DNA of 64,000 bases from Octopus vulgaris (GCA_951406725.2 OX597817.1:87606001-87670000); one strand, 5' to 3'; shown: positions 12,658-26,238, counted from the first letter of the stretch. The notes: a model not told the origin generated them from the sequence alone. Made by a program: numbers and translations.

Positions 12658-13120
12658 ATAGTAGAAACAATGTATATGAAAGATAGAGTATACTGGAAAA
12701 TTTATTTATCACAACGATCGTTTCAGAACATTCTGCACCGCTCCCTCGTGGATGGGGAACAATATAATGAATCTAAATGCATTACACAGTGCAGAGATGC
12801 CGCTTCAGGTGACGTAATACGGTTTCAAGTTACATAGGTGACATTTCATTCATAGGCTTAGCTAGATCATGTTGCTAGTAGTCATCGATGCATTTAAGGC
12901 GCGACTACTACCAAAATGATCTAGCTAAGACTACGAGCGAAATGTAATTTATGTAACTCGAAACCATGTTATGTAACCTGAAGAAGCACTTCTGCATTGT
13001 GGTATGTTTGGGGATTCATGATTTTGTTCCCACCATTAGGGAGCGGTGCAAAATGTGCTGATACGATCGCTGCATTCATTTCCAGTATATTCTATCTTCC
13101 GTATCAATTATTTCTACTAT
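12658..13120. mobile_element. About 460-bp fully palindromic (foldback) MITE, superfamily unassigned
   Basis: Arms pair along the whole length: ATAGTAGAAA/TTTCTACTAT, GCACCGCTCCCT/AGGGAGCGGTGC, CTTAGCTAGATCAT/ATGATCTAGCTAAG. Centre at about 12890. Confidence 0.85.
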
Positions 13121-13613
13121 GTTCAACGTGCATCAAGGAACTCCTAACGTAGATCCAGCGACGAATGTACATTTACACCAGGTAGCCATAAAAAGTGAAC
13201 GTTCTCTGTCGGCACACTACTAAAGACATACCTAAAATATAGCTTGGATGCTAAATTTTACATTTCAAATCTAAACTTTAATTATAACATGTGTGTATGT
13301 GTGTATGTCTGTCTGTCTGTCTGCATGTGATTATGTATATGGTGGTCAGTAAGATGACACAAGATTAAATAATAAAAAAACACATATTTCATAGGTCAAA
13401 GTTCAAGAGTAGTAATACAGGATCCATTGATGTTTGCAATGTAGAACAGGATCCGTTGATTCAATGAGCCTGGGAATGGGCGGTAAACTGAGTAGATGAT
13501 AGATACGTGAAATGTAATGCGCTTCAGCCCCCTTAGAAGGACATCCGAATTGATGTGACTGCTTCTATAGAAAACTGTAGCATCCACGTAGTTCACTTTA
13601 TTGAAACATACAT

Positions 13614-13772
13614 AAGCGCAGGTATGGCTGTGTGGGACGTAGTTTGCTTCCCAACAACATAATTCCAGTTTCAGTTCTACTGATTGGCACCTTGGGCAAG
13701 TGTCTTCTACTACAACCTCGGGCCGACCAAAGCCTTGTGAATGGATTTGGTAGACGGAAACTGAAAGCCCGT

Positions 13773-13843
<71 letters not shown>

Positions 13844-14062
13844 GCGTGTGCGCGTGCTTATCCTCCATCATCGCTTGACAACCGGTGCTGGTTTGTTTAC
13901 GTACCCGTAACTTACCGGTTCGGCAAAGAGGCAGATAGAATAAGTACCAGGTTTAAAAAGAAAAGTTTAGTCCTGGGGTCGATTTGTTCGACTAAAGCCC
14001 TTCAATATGGTGCCCTAGCATGGCCGCAGTCATATGACGGAAACAGGCGAAAGATAAAAGAA
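13614..14062 (+). mobile_element. SINE family A, full length
   Basis: Head, CORE-like centre, (TG)n and tail all present. Confidence 0.88.
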
Positions 14063-14484
14063 ACACTAAAAATATATGTGCCACTAGAGCATAGTGCAAA
14101 AAAAAAAGCTTTCAGTGTAATCTGTGCTAATCAGATCGGTACATGAAAAATATTTTTATAAACCTTTGTAAGCAGACGTGTTTTACAGAAATGTAGTAAA
14201 TATTTTATGGAGAAAAATATTAAGCTTAATTTGAGCAAATATATGTATGGGAGCTTGTAAAATGTATTTTAAAGAAACCTTTGCTAAACAATTATATTTT
14301 ATGAGCAGATGGTAAAATCTATATTAATGGGAATCTGAGCTAAGTAAATGTAGAAGCGGTAAAACAGTCAGTGTTAAAGACTAATGTTAAAAGACTAATG
14401 CAATTACTAATTAATTTCTTTGGAAACTGATTGAGTAGAAAACTGACAGACTGCAGCAAAATATGTAGAGAATGTGGTATTTTC

Positions 14485-15242
14485 TATCTTTTATCGTGTA
14501 CCTGTTTCAGTCTTTGGACTGCTGCTCTGTTGGGGAACCACCTTAGTCGAATAAATCGACCTTTAATCCTGATGCTTATTCTATTGTTTTCTTTTGTCGA
14601 ACCGCTAAGTTTTGAGGCGTAAATACACCAACACAAAGACACACACACACATACACACAAACATATATAAAGTCATAAATAACAGAGAAATATCTCGATG
14701 AACTTTTATTTAACAATTAGAAAACCCCTTATATCATGACAAATTGTTTCGTAACTCAAAAACATGCAAATTATTTACATTTAATAATAAATAAATTACT
14801 TACATGTCTGCATTAATACAAAAGGCTAAAAGTTCCTCAAAATACTACAGAATTTGAGTTATGTATCTGGTATCTGCAAGCTTACAAAATACCGTAGCTG
14901 AGGTCTTGATATATATATAGGATGAAGCCTTTTTACAGAAAAAAATTTCATCAGAAAATGTGGCAGCATATTAAAATACCTTTAAGGCTAAAATTATAAA
15001 CAACTTATAAACAAGCGCTAAAGAAGTTGAGGAACTTTTATGCTAATAACAGACTTTTAAATCGTCAATTTCCACATATTATTTACTCGCTACAGAAAAC
15101 ACGTAGAGCTGAAATCGGGGAAAGCTTGCCAAAGAGAATTTTTTTTAAAGTTTGTTATTTCTATATTGAATCAATTTCGGAATTAATTTCATAATAGATT
15201 TTTTCCTCTTCAGTAGAAAATACGAAAAGACATAAAGTTGTA

Positions 15243-15309
<67 letters not shown>

Positions 15310-15475
15310 GATTGGCTTCTTTCAGTTTCCGTCTACCAAATCCAGTGACGAGGTTTTGGTCAGCCCTGGGCTATAGTAGAAGGCACTTGCCTAATCTATC
15401 ACACAGTAGGGATTGAATCCAGAAGCACATGGCTGAGAAACAAAATTCTAACCACACACCCACGTCTGCACCTAC
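14485..15475 (-). mobile_element. SINE family A split by a ~570-bp insertion (14668-15240) in its internal microsatellite
   Basis: Tail half at 14485-14667 and head half at 15305-15475 are colinear across the insert and the (TA)n. Confidence 0.7.
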
Positions 15476-15757
15476 AAATAGCAAATTTTAAAAAGTCGAA
15501 CCCTGTGTCATTCTAACTACTAGAAATAGCGGCCAATGTCTCACCAATTACAAACTACCGTCTTGCAAATTAACGGGCATGGGGAATAATGAAGCTTAAG
15601 AGAAGGACGTCCATAGCAAAGACCACTTTTTGAGGAATGTCCATGACAAAACATTTTTATGACAGATTTTTTTTTTTCCATTTTTTGCTAGATTTACAGA
15701 GTATAGAAACGGCCGCTTGCCCAGCTTCCAGAAATTTAGGAGTACTGTGTTATAATT

Positions 15758-16070
15758 GACACACCGTCGGGGGTTCCAGTTGATGCGATCAGCGGAACAG
15801 CCTACTTATGTAATTAACGTGCATGCGGCTGAGCACTCCGCAGACATGTGTACCCTTAACGTAGTTCTCAGAGAGATTCAGCTAGTAACAGAATGTGACA
15901 AGGCAGGTCCATTTGAAATACAGGAACTACTCATCTTTACCAGCTGAGTGGACTGGAGTAATATGAAATAAAGCGTCTTGCTCAAGAACACAACGCACAG
16001 CCGGGAATCGAACTCCCGACCTTACGATCGCGAGCCGAATACCCATAACCATTAAGCCACGCGACTTCAC
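15758..16070 (-). mobile_element. tRNA-derived SINE family C
   Basis: Minus-strand head GTGGCTTAATGGTTA...GAGTTCGATTCCCGGC, then TGTTCTTGAGCAAGAC..CTCCAGTCCACTCAGCTG. Homologue at 62300-62628. Confidence 0.85.
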
Positions 16071-16550
16071 TGTATAATAGTGCACAATATACTATACCCT
16101 GTATTGAGTAAACAGACATTGTTTTGTTCTTTATTTTTTTAAGTGGATTTATAAGGATTAAGCATTCCCTACTTTAGAAGTTTATTAATTTGTGCCAGTA
16201 TCTGTTAAGTAAAAACGTTGTTTACTTCGTTTAATTTCCATCCAATAAACATTACACTCTATACCTGATATTGTATGATATATTTTAAGAATTTTCAGTG
16301 GATTAATAAATATCAAACAAACCCAGCATTAGAAATGTATTAATTTAAATCTGTTCAATACGATTTGGTTCTTTACTTTTCATGTTTTATTCTACGTTCT
16401 TTTATTCTTTTACTTGTTTCAGTCATTTGACTGCGGCCATGCTGCAGCACCTCCTTAAAGTTTTTTTTTTTTAGTCGAAGAAATTGACTACAGGACTTAT
16501 TCTTCGTAATCCTACTACTTATTCTATCAGCCTCTCTTGCCGAACTGCTA

Positions 16551-16693
16551 AGACGAAGACAAGTGGTGTAGACAACAAACAGATGTATTAGCTTAACGCT
16601 CGGGAAGTGAAAAAGTATTTAACGTTTCGAGCCTACGCTCTTCTACAGAAAGAAACCCAGAAAGAAACAAGGAGAGAAAATAAAGAATGTGTA
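16551..16693 (-). mobile_element. Short PLE-like terminal fragment with a minimal hammerhead-like motif
   Basis: Minus strand TTT-CTGTAGA-A-GAGC-GTAG-GCTC-GAAAC-GTT-AAA at about 16618-16651. Confidence 0.5.
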
Positions 16694-16720
16694 ATATATA
16701 TATATCTATCTACAACAGGC

Positions 16721-17164
16721 GGATCTTTTCGGTTTGAACAGCAGTTTTTAACATAATTTCTAGGTAACTAAAAAATTTTAAACTTCGTATACTGGTAGAA
16801 TGTGTTTATGAAACATCTTTTTCTCTTGGCTTTATTGAGAAAATGCTATAGTTTGTAAGATATTTGTTGTTTTTTCTTCAATTTCTGCAATTTCAACCAA
16901 TCAGTGACGTCTATTGAGTTAAAAAGCATTCTGTGCCGTATGAATATGTCTCTCGTTTAAGAAACAGATCGGGTTTATTTACATTTGTGAAGAAAAAAAG
17001 ATACCCTTCCCCCACCCTAACCCTAACCCTAACCCTAACTAACCCTAACTAACTCTAACCCTAAAAGAGATTGAAATGCTATAGATCGATTCTATGGTCA
17101 TAATTATGGGTGACAATTTCATATGACACCGCTAGAAAAAACTGCCTTCAAACCGAAAAGATCC
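16721..17164. mobile_element. 444-bp Merlin-like MITE with internal (CCCTAA)n
   Basis: About 28-bp TIRs GGATCTTTTCGGTTTGAA..GCAGTTTTT. Exact 8-bp TSD CAACAGGC (16713-16720, 17165-17172). GG termini with an 8-bp TSD fit Merlin. Confidence 0.8.
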
Positions 17165-17733
17165 CAACAGGCTTCTTTCAATTTCCATCTAGCAAATCCA
17201 TTCACAGAAGTTTGATCAGCCCGAGGCTATAGTAGAAGACACTTGCCCAAGGTGTCACGCAGTGAGGCTGGGCCCGGAACCTTGTCGTTAGAAAGCAATA
17301 CCACACAGTCACGTCTGCGCCAATTGAAGTATATATTCTGACACTCACCAGAGAACCGGAAAATCTAGAAATCCGGGTCATTTTTGGTGACCAAACATTT
17401 GGTCCGGCACTCTACTTGATATCGTTTATCTAGTTAATATTTCATTGGCTGTTCTATCGACTGATTGATAGACAGGAAATATCATAATTATTCCTTCTGA
17501 GTACCCTGTTAGCCAAATATATGCTGAAGTACTACTGAATTAATTACCAGAATCGTGTATATATTCTTTCTTTCTATCAGCCCTTTCACGCTTACTTCGT
17601 TCATTCCACTCTTCGTTCTTTCGTTCCCTACTCTCACATTTCCTTGCCTTCTCTTAATGCTCACTTTCCCTCCTCTTTTCTCTTCACTGTCATTTTTTCT
17701 CAACCCTCTTTAATTCTTCTGTCCCTCATTCTC

Positions 17734-17789
<56 letters not shown>

Positions 17790-17793
<4 letters not shown>

Positions 17794-18285
17794 TCTCTCC
17801 CCACATGACCGGTGCTTGGCCAAGCCTGACCTTTCTTTCTTGGTTCGTCCGCCGTCCGTGCAACATCGATATTCCTCCCTGTGCTTGTGAAATCTTGTAT
17901 CCCTGCTGTAAGGCTTTTTTCCACACACGCCAGCTTAATTTAATTCGTCCTTAGTCGAAAGACACCTGTTGTTATGTCCTGTTATTTGTATTTGTATAAC
18001 ATTCTCAATTTTTTCCCGTTCTTGTTTTCATATACATTCGCTGCTTTCTTCCAAGGAATCTAATGCTCTTAGCTTAGTTTTTCCTTGGGGCTGGCCAGAT
18101 TGGAGCAATCTCGAATATAACCAGCCGAAATTGTAAAAATAATCTGGAACTCGACTGAGGAAAGAAAACTCCGAATGACCCATTCTTGTTTTCATTGTAT
18201 CGTCTATCTGGATGTTTTGTTGTCCCTTTTTGTATCACCTAAGTGTCTGGATGTTTTGCGTTCTTGTCCCATTTTGTATTATATA
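17790..18285 (+). mobile_element. Non-coding dispersed element family F (PLE-derived/retrozyme-like), copy 1
   Basis: Homologous to the reverse complement of 28959-29760 (TCTAATGC.CTT.GCTTAG..GGAGCAATCTC..CAGCCGAAATTG..GACTGANGA..CGAATG). Ends in TA repeats. Confidence 0.6.
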
Positions 18286-18337
18286 TATACATTTACAAGT
18301 GTGTTGTGTGGGGGGGGGATAGATAGATAGATAGATT

Positions 18338-18386
<49 letters not shown>

Positions 18387-18394
18387 GTAGGTAG

Positions 18395-18572
18395 AAGTTT
18401 CAAATGTTGGCATGAGGCCAGCAATTTCGAAGTAAGGGGTAAGTCGATTACATCGACCCAAGTGCGCAACTGATACTTATTTCATCGACCCCGAAAGGAT
18501 GAAGGGCAAAGCTAACATCTGAACACAGAACGTAAAGATGGACAAAATGGGAATATCGCCCGGCATGCTAAT
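18395..18572 (-). mobile_element. SINE family B
   Basis: Reverse-complement core and tail. Confidence 0.8.
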
Positions 18573-19455
18573 TTGAGCACGTCAAATTTCGAAAGCGTGA
18601 TAGCAGTGAAAATAGCCAAGTAAATTGGGTAAATAGCTCTAGAAGACGGGAAAAGGTTACTAGCAGGTGGCTACAGAGAAATGAACCCTATACCTTTCAG
18701 ATACCGGCTTGTATTGTTATGCTCACAAGATTCAGAAGTGAACAGAATTAAATGTTGATAGAAGTTAATGAACGAGCAAGTAGCAGAATTTTTAACAATG
18801 TTTAAAATAAAAAAAAGAAGAGAGCATCTCTATAAAAAAGAGTGAAAGGGAGAAAGAAAAAGAAAGAAAAGGAATGGAAACCGGAAGCCATAACTTAACA
18901 GCCCCATTTCCGTCCCTTTTTATTATCTTATAGTGAGTTGGAGAAGTAGTAAAAAACATACATGACTTATCGATTATTTCGAAAACCTAGTGAAGCTAAA
19001 CGAACAATGCAATTTTATTACTAACTCGTTACACGCAGAGCATCTTTGGTTGAAACCTTGTTTAAATTATATTCTGATAACTTACAGGCTTTCACTCACT
19101 TTCTCTCTTGTCTCCGAGATTTTCCCATTATTTTTCTCTCTCACCGGGAGGTGGATTGGCAGAATCCTTAAAGCGTCGAACAAAATTTCTTCTGGTATTT
19201 CTTCCGCTCTGGGTACAAATTCCAATCGAAGTCAACTTTTCTTGTCATACATAGGAAAGTATATAAAATAATGTAAGAGTGAAGTACTATGGTCGGTGTA
19301 TATACATATATATGTATGCATATATATTTATATATTATTTATATTATATATATATACATACATACATACATACATACAAACATACATACATACATACATA
19401 CATACATACATACATACATACATACATACATACATACATACATACATACATACAT

Positions 19456-19609
19456 AGGGGCAGGTGTGGCTCAGTGGTAAGTAGCTTGCTTACATGGTTC
19501 TGGGCTCAGTCTCACTGTGTGGCACCTCGGGCAAGTGTCTTCTTCTATAGCCTCAGGCCGACCAAAGCCTTGTGAGTAGATTTGGTAGACGGAAACTGAA
19601 ATAAGACCA

Positions 19610-19685
<76 letters not shown>

Positions 19686-19917
19686 GTGTGTGTGTCTGTG
19701 TGTGTGCGTATGTGTGTGTGTGCGTGTGCGTGCGTGTGTTTGTCCCATAACATCGCTTGACAACCGATGCTGGTGTGTTTACGTTCCCGTAACTAAGTGA
19801 TTCGGTAAAAGAGACCGATAGTAGGTTTACAAAGAATAAGTCCTGGGGTTGATTTGTTCGACTAAAGACGGTGCTCCAGCATGACCGCAGTCAAATAGCT
19901 GAAACAAATAAAAGAAT
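19456..19917 (+). mobile_element. SINE family A, full length
   Basis: GTGGCTCAGTGGTAAG A-box, centre, long (TG)n and tail. Confidence 0.88.
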
Positions 19918-19926
19918 ATTTATGTA

Positions 19927-20009
<83 letters not shown>

Positions 20010-20079
20010 AAGAGACAGACAACGGGCAAGCAGACAGACAGAGAAATGGGGAGAGACAGGAGACCGACTGACAGATGAA

Positions 20080-20081
20080 TG

Positions 20082-20148
<67 letters not shown>

Positions 20149-20196
20149 GGATAGACAGACAGACAGACAGACAGTCAGACAGTCAGACAGACAGAC

Positions 20197-20266
<70 letters not shown>

Positions 20267-20270
20267 TTAA

Positions 20271-20349
<79 letters not shown>
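20080..20349. repeat. (GATA)n/(GACA)n microsatellite, left flank of the Tx1 insertion
   Basis: Contains the GTTAAAAA interruption at 20266-20273. Confidence 0.95.
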
Positions 20350-21676
20350 TGTTTCTTTATTAGCCACACAGGGCTGCACACAGATAGAACAAATTACAAG
20401 GTAGAGCTTTTCTTTTGAAGGTTTAAAAAAAAAAAAAAAAAAATTTAAAAAATAAAATAAAAAATAAAATTAAAAAAAAAGGGGGTGTCGATCAAAAGGG
20501 ATCGTAAAAGGAGAGAAAGAGGACAAAAAAAGGGGGGGTTAAAAAAAAAAGGGGGAGAGGAAAAATAATTGATCAATAGGGATCGTTATCACAGAAATGT
20601 CAATATGAAGTGTAAAGGGAGGACAGGTGAGGTTTACCCGTGGAAAGAAAAGCCTACGGAAAAGACCACGGTAACCTCGGTCAATGAAGTCACATGTTAT
20701 ATTTCTTTTTTTTTTTTTTTGCAAATAAGCAACTCTCTGTATTAATTTTTACGGTTCATAGAATCATAGTCAAGGTGGCTTCGTCATTCATACGTGCCAT
20801 CCTTGCTACATTCACCCATCTTTTTTTAAAACATTCACTAGACAAAACTTGCCTCTCTACTCTCACTTTTTTCTTCAAGTGATACTTGAAGAAGTTGATG
20901 AGAGATTGACCAGAGAGGAAAGTGTTTGTCTCTAATCCTTTCAGACGCGTCCACCAGATACATTCTTTCGCCATAGCCACAAGTATGATAAAAATAGCTC
21001 TTCCTTCCCGTTTGAAGGAAGGAGGCGTGACGATATTAACGATAGACTCGGCTGATAAACCGACACGTCCCACACGTGACAGCAGTCGTTCGACATAAGC
21101 CCACAGGTGGGAAATTGCTGGACACTGCACGATTGCGTGCAGAGCGGTTTCGTCGCTCTGCCCGCATCTCGGGCAGGTCGGCCCCGTGTTTCTCGAGCCA
21201 TGCCTATAGAGCTTATCCCGAACGGGTAGCGCTTCTCGGTAGCACCGCCAGGCCAGGGATCTCTGGAAGTTGTCCATAGGTCCCGGGCCGAAAGTCGTTT
21301 GAAACAGGCGGGTCAGGTATTCCTCGTCGACGCCCAGGTTTGCCCCGAGCTCGTCGTCGTACCTCCCCTCCACTAATCCCCTATAGAATGCTTTGGTTGT
21401 GTTGAAGTCACTCAAGGTCGACCCGGGACGGCAGAGTTGCTTGAGAGCAACGCGACACTCGCGGTGCCATTCGCCCTTCTTCGGCCTCTTTTTGATCCAC
21501 GACTGTAGTTCGGTCATGGAGACGAGTTGCGGGAATGCGTGCCTCACAAACGGCGACCACACCTGTTCACCGTCGTCTACATAGAGCCGGAGATGTCGCA
21601 GTCTCAGCGCGTGTCTGCGCATCATCAACCACGGCATGCCCAGCCCTCCTTTTAACGGGTGTTGACAGCAAATGGA
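20350..21676 (-). mobile_element. 5'-truncated L1/Tx1-clade LINE inserted in (GATA)n
   Basis: KGGLGMP motif at the 5' break, an open ORF2 C-terminus, a ~400-bp 3' UTR with AATAAA running straight into (TATC)n with no poly(A). Confidence 0.9.
20756..21637 (-). pseudogene. LINE ORF2 C-terminal region (post-RT, zf-RVT CCHC knuckle), uninterrupted 293 codons
   Basis: AWRCYREALPVRDKL..CPRCGQSDETALHAIVQCP..W and IWWTR motifs, typical of L1/Tx1 ORF2. Confidence 0.9.
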
Positions 21677-21943
<267 letters not shown>

Positions 21944-22724
21944 GGCGGTCAAGTGGCAAAGTCGCTAGAGAGTCGGATCGTTACTTTTCTGTATTCGTCA
22001 CAGCTCTTCCAACTCTCAGTTCAAATCCTGCAGAGATCAACTTTGCCATTCGTCGTTTCTGAGTCGTTAAATAAATCCCAGCTTTATACTGGAGTTAATG
22101 CGCTTTTCTTCTGTCTATCCCTGTTCCCGGAGTAGACCGGCGATTTCTGACAAAGAAATGTATACTCTACCTGAAAACGCTGTATGTCTCGACGCGCAGT
22201 CCCAAAGCAAGGCAGTGTGCGCGAGCGTAGTTATTTTTGTTGAAACTGAAAGCAAGTGTTTGTCTCGCAACTCGATTCACATTAATGCGATCTTCAGTTG
22301 AAATTACAGTAGCATTAAATTCAAGTCATATGACAAACTCTCAATTCCTGTTTATCAAATAAGAAATGCTCTATCCATGAATTGAGCAGTCCTCTCTCAT
22401 TCGTCCGACATAAACAAAAGACGAAGAATGAATTTAGCGCAACTGTAATATCCGTCCGTTTCGATTGTTTCCGTACCACTCAGTTTTTAACCACATTGCA
22501 TGTGTCATTCATAGAAATTACTCTGTGTTAAAGATTACGCAATATGCGTCGCTGAATATTCTTGATTGTCACTTCATCAGACAAACTTTTAAGCTATGCT
22601 TTTGTTCTTGTGCAAAGAATATGTATTTAACATTGCTTAAATGGGTAGGAAACAGAACAATAAGTACAAAAATAATAATTACGGAAAATGATAAAAATAA
22701 TGACAATAATATAGATTGTTTATA

Positions 22725-22729
<5 letters not shown>

Positions 22730-22800
<71 letters not shown>

Positions 22801-22907
22801 CATATATATATATACATACATATATACATATATACATATATATACATATATACATATATATACATATATATACATATATACACATATATATACATATATA
22901 TGTGCAT

Positions 22908-22990
<83 letters not shown>

Positions 22991-23060
22991 CATACATATA
23001 TATACATATATATATATAGATATAGATATAGATTTAGATATAAATATATATATACATATC
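22730..23060. repeat. Degenerate (TA)n/(TACA) tract
   Basis: Direct reading. Confidence 0.9.
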
Positions 23061-23732
23061 ACATGTTCATATATTCATACACACTAAAGTACCTGTTCAA
23101 CCTTTTCCTGTTTGTATATTACTATTTCCTTTTATGGCTAAGCTTTACTCCCTATCTATCTCTAAGAGACTTTTCCCTTTTCCATCTTCCCCTTCTCTCT
23201 CTTCCTCTTTCTCTCTCTCCATCTCTCCCTCTCTCTCTCTCTCTCGTTCTCTCTCTCTATCTAACTATCTATTTTTTCATGACTCTGTCGTTTTATTCCC
23301 TCGTTACCCCTTTATGTATTTTTGCAAGATTACTCAAACAACGTCCAACTCACTGCACGTGCGCACGTGCGTGAATGTGCATATGTGTGTGTACTTTTCA
23401 AATACACATTATCTATTTTTAAATTTTTTATCTCTTTTAAGCATTCATTCACCTAGCATGCTCTGTAGCTATATACCTACATAATTAGCATTCAATTATC
23501 TCATTCGTCACATCATATAGCTCTCTGTTCTTCCGGCACACACACAGACACACACACAAACATATACACACACATGTGCATACAGAAATACATACAAACA
23601 CACGACATATACACGCAGACACACACACTCACACACATATCAATGTTTGTTTTTTACGTCAATATATTTATTGGAGGGATTGCTCAATAATTTTTAGTAG
23701 TGTTTGACAGTAACTTCGAAGTTTTGGCTCAC

Positions 23733-23853
23733 TCGCCGTCATTAGGCCAACATCCAAATCAGCAATGACACCCTGGTCTCGCACCGTTTCCGGTCTACCG
23801 GTCTCTCTTTGCAACACCTGTCTGTGTTCGGATTGTTTTTGCAAAGGGGCCAT
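23733..23853 (-). CDS. Speculative first coding exon of an unidentified host gene (MAPLQKQSEHRQVLQRETGRPETVRDQGVIADLDVGLMTA, phase-1 donor)
   Basis: Non-repetitive, CpG-retaining sequence, ATG at 23853 and donor GTGAGC at 23732-23727. No recognisable homology. Confidence 0.2.
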
Positions 23854-25344
23854 CTGGACACTCGTCTTCGCCGTGAACAGGGATTAATCTTCTCTCTTCG
23901 TTCTTTTGCGTCACATGGGCTCAACTCTTCTCTCCTCTTCATCTAACCATCCTCCTCTCTCCTCTCTTCCTCTCACACCTACTTCCTCCCTCCCACCTCT
24001 CCTCTTTTGCTCCGACTCCTTCTTCTCTCCTATCCTCCTTCTCTCTTCTCTTCACCCCTACCCACCTTCTCCCTTCACCCTCTCCCTTCATCGTCACCCT
24101 TCCTTCGTAACCCCATCCCTACACAATCCGGCCTCACCTCCCCTATCCAACCCATCGCACGCCTACTCCATCATACCCCACCCCTAACTCCACCCTCAGC
24201 CTTGTTCCGCTCATCTCATTCCTCCCATCTCGTCATCTGTCCTTCTTGAATGCATTGAATCAAATGAAGCTCTCTTCTCTCTGCTTCCCTCGTTTTGACG
24301 CTGTTGCTAACAACAGATCTGCGTTCAGTCCGCATCATACTTGCAAATGGTCTGAACCGATCTGCACCAAAACTATGTCCCTTCCGATGAATCTGCGTTG
24401 CACCCATCATATCTCGGTGTGTAAGAGAAGACGGGATATCATCAGTCTGTGCTTCTCCACTTCCTAGCTGTTTTCATACCTGGTGGATTACGCCTGATTT
24501 CCATATCCCTCGACTCTTTCATCATCATCGCCGTTCGTACCTTCCTCAGTTTATAAATTTCGACTATTGACGCTACCTCGTATATTAAAAGTGGCCACGA
24601 AAGTCGCGGATACATACATACATACAAACATACATACATACATACATACATACATACATACATACATACATACATACATACATACATACATGTACTTAGA
24701 CTATTTCCCCGTTTCATTAATGCCGATCGCAATCGTCACCAGCCGTTTATTTGCCTTGTATAGAAGGGAAGATAAGTTCAATAAATCAAGAATTTATCTT
24801 GCATGTATTTAACATACCTGTCTTGTTCAAATTTATACCAGAAGCTATTCTGATTTACTTCTTTTGTTTGTTTTTTATGTAGTTATGCAATCTGCTTTTG
24901 ACTATAAGTTTTCTCTATTCAGCTTGTATAGATAGAAAAAAAACTGAGCAAAGATAAATAAAATTGCTGTGCTAATGACGCTTACTGAGGAAGAAACACG
25001 TGGACGCAGCCTCCAGAACATCGGGCTGTTTCAGATTTGGAGAATCCTTGATTCCTTATTCTTGAGTCTCCCCTTCTCACTTAGGATTAGCTCTAATAGC
25101 TACCAGGCAATTACTCTTCTCTCTCTGGAAGCTGATGCAATTCCAATCTATCCAGAGTCCATTTACATGGTATGTAATATACCTTTATTTGTTTTGTTTT
25201 GTTTTCAGATATAAGCCACCAGCTCTTTCGTTTATAATCATATGTATGCATACATGAACATATATTTGTGTGGAGTATCACATGCACGCGCATAGTGTAT
25301 ATATATGTGCGATGTATGTGTGGTGTATGCGCGTGTCTGTAATA

Positions 25345-25575
25345 CCCTACCATCAATTCTCAAACTAAACATTATTGGTGGCAAAACAAAGACCATATAG
25401 GAAATAGAGACCCCAACAGTACCATAACTTACAAGAAAATTATCGACTTCGCATCATAATTGCAGTCTGTGCTTCTCTGAGAAATTGCATACACCAAAGT
25501 AGTCTGTGATATCTCTCAACAAGAAATACACAATAATTTTCAAATACTGTCACAAATGTACATTCGTCTAGGATT
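25345..25575 (+). mobile_element. Decayed PLE GIY-YIG C-terminal fragment
   Basis: NCSLCFSEKLH...LNKKY..CHK matches the CxxCxxEK..NKK..C motif of the 6056-6490 ORF. Confidence 0.65.
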
Positions 25576-26188
25576 AGTTTTGACAAGCATGGAAACTAAC
25601 ACCAGGCAAATTCACATATTTACTAATGGTCAGTAAGAACTCATCTTTCAAACATTTCAAACCGAAACGCTAAGATTTCGGTTTTAGCGAACATCTGAAC
25701 GATTAGGCATGGACTTTCGGTTAATAACCGTGTATATAACAAATTGCTCACTTTCACATACAGTTACACACACACACATATATACATAGATATACACAAA
25801 ATTGCATAGGCTCACATAGGTGTGCGCGCGCACCAAAGGTACTGTCGTGGATTAGTGCCTAAAAAATTCCACACCAAACACCACAGCAGAGCAAGTGATA
25901 GTCTCTTTAAGATCAGCAGTTCTTCATATACGTAAGCGGCAAAGACCGATACAATTTGTTACTAATGACATCACAGGTATTGCTATCAGAACACAAAGAG
26001 CTGTTACAAATCGGCCAATGTGTCGCTCTGGGCTGGTTCTTTTATTATTTACTTACAGAATGTTGAGAGATGAAGTTGTCTTCGACAGGTTTTGAACCCA
26101 AAGCGCAGAGCCGGAACAAATTCTGCAATGGTCTCTCTGTTGGATATTGAAACGATTTTACTAATTCGCCTTTGCTTTCTCACCTCAT

Positions 26189-26238
<50 letters not shown>

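Larger units (their letters stand above)
16400..17322 (-). mobile_element. SINE family A interrupted by a PLE-like fragment and a Merlin-like MITE
   Basis: Tail at 16400-16550. The head resumes at 17165-17322 after the TSD. Confidence 0.8.

Noticed and set aside
15990-16070. tRNA gene
   Set aside because: The A/B boxes are the head of a SINE, continuing into a SINE body shared with other copies. No complete cloverleaf is evident.
17015-17064. True telomere or chromosome-fusion scar
   Set aside because: The tract is short, single-orientation and enclosed within MITE TIRs and a TSD.
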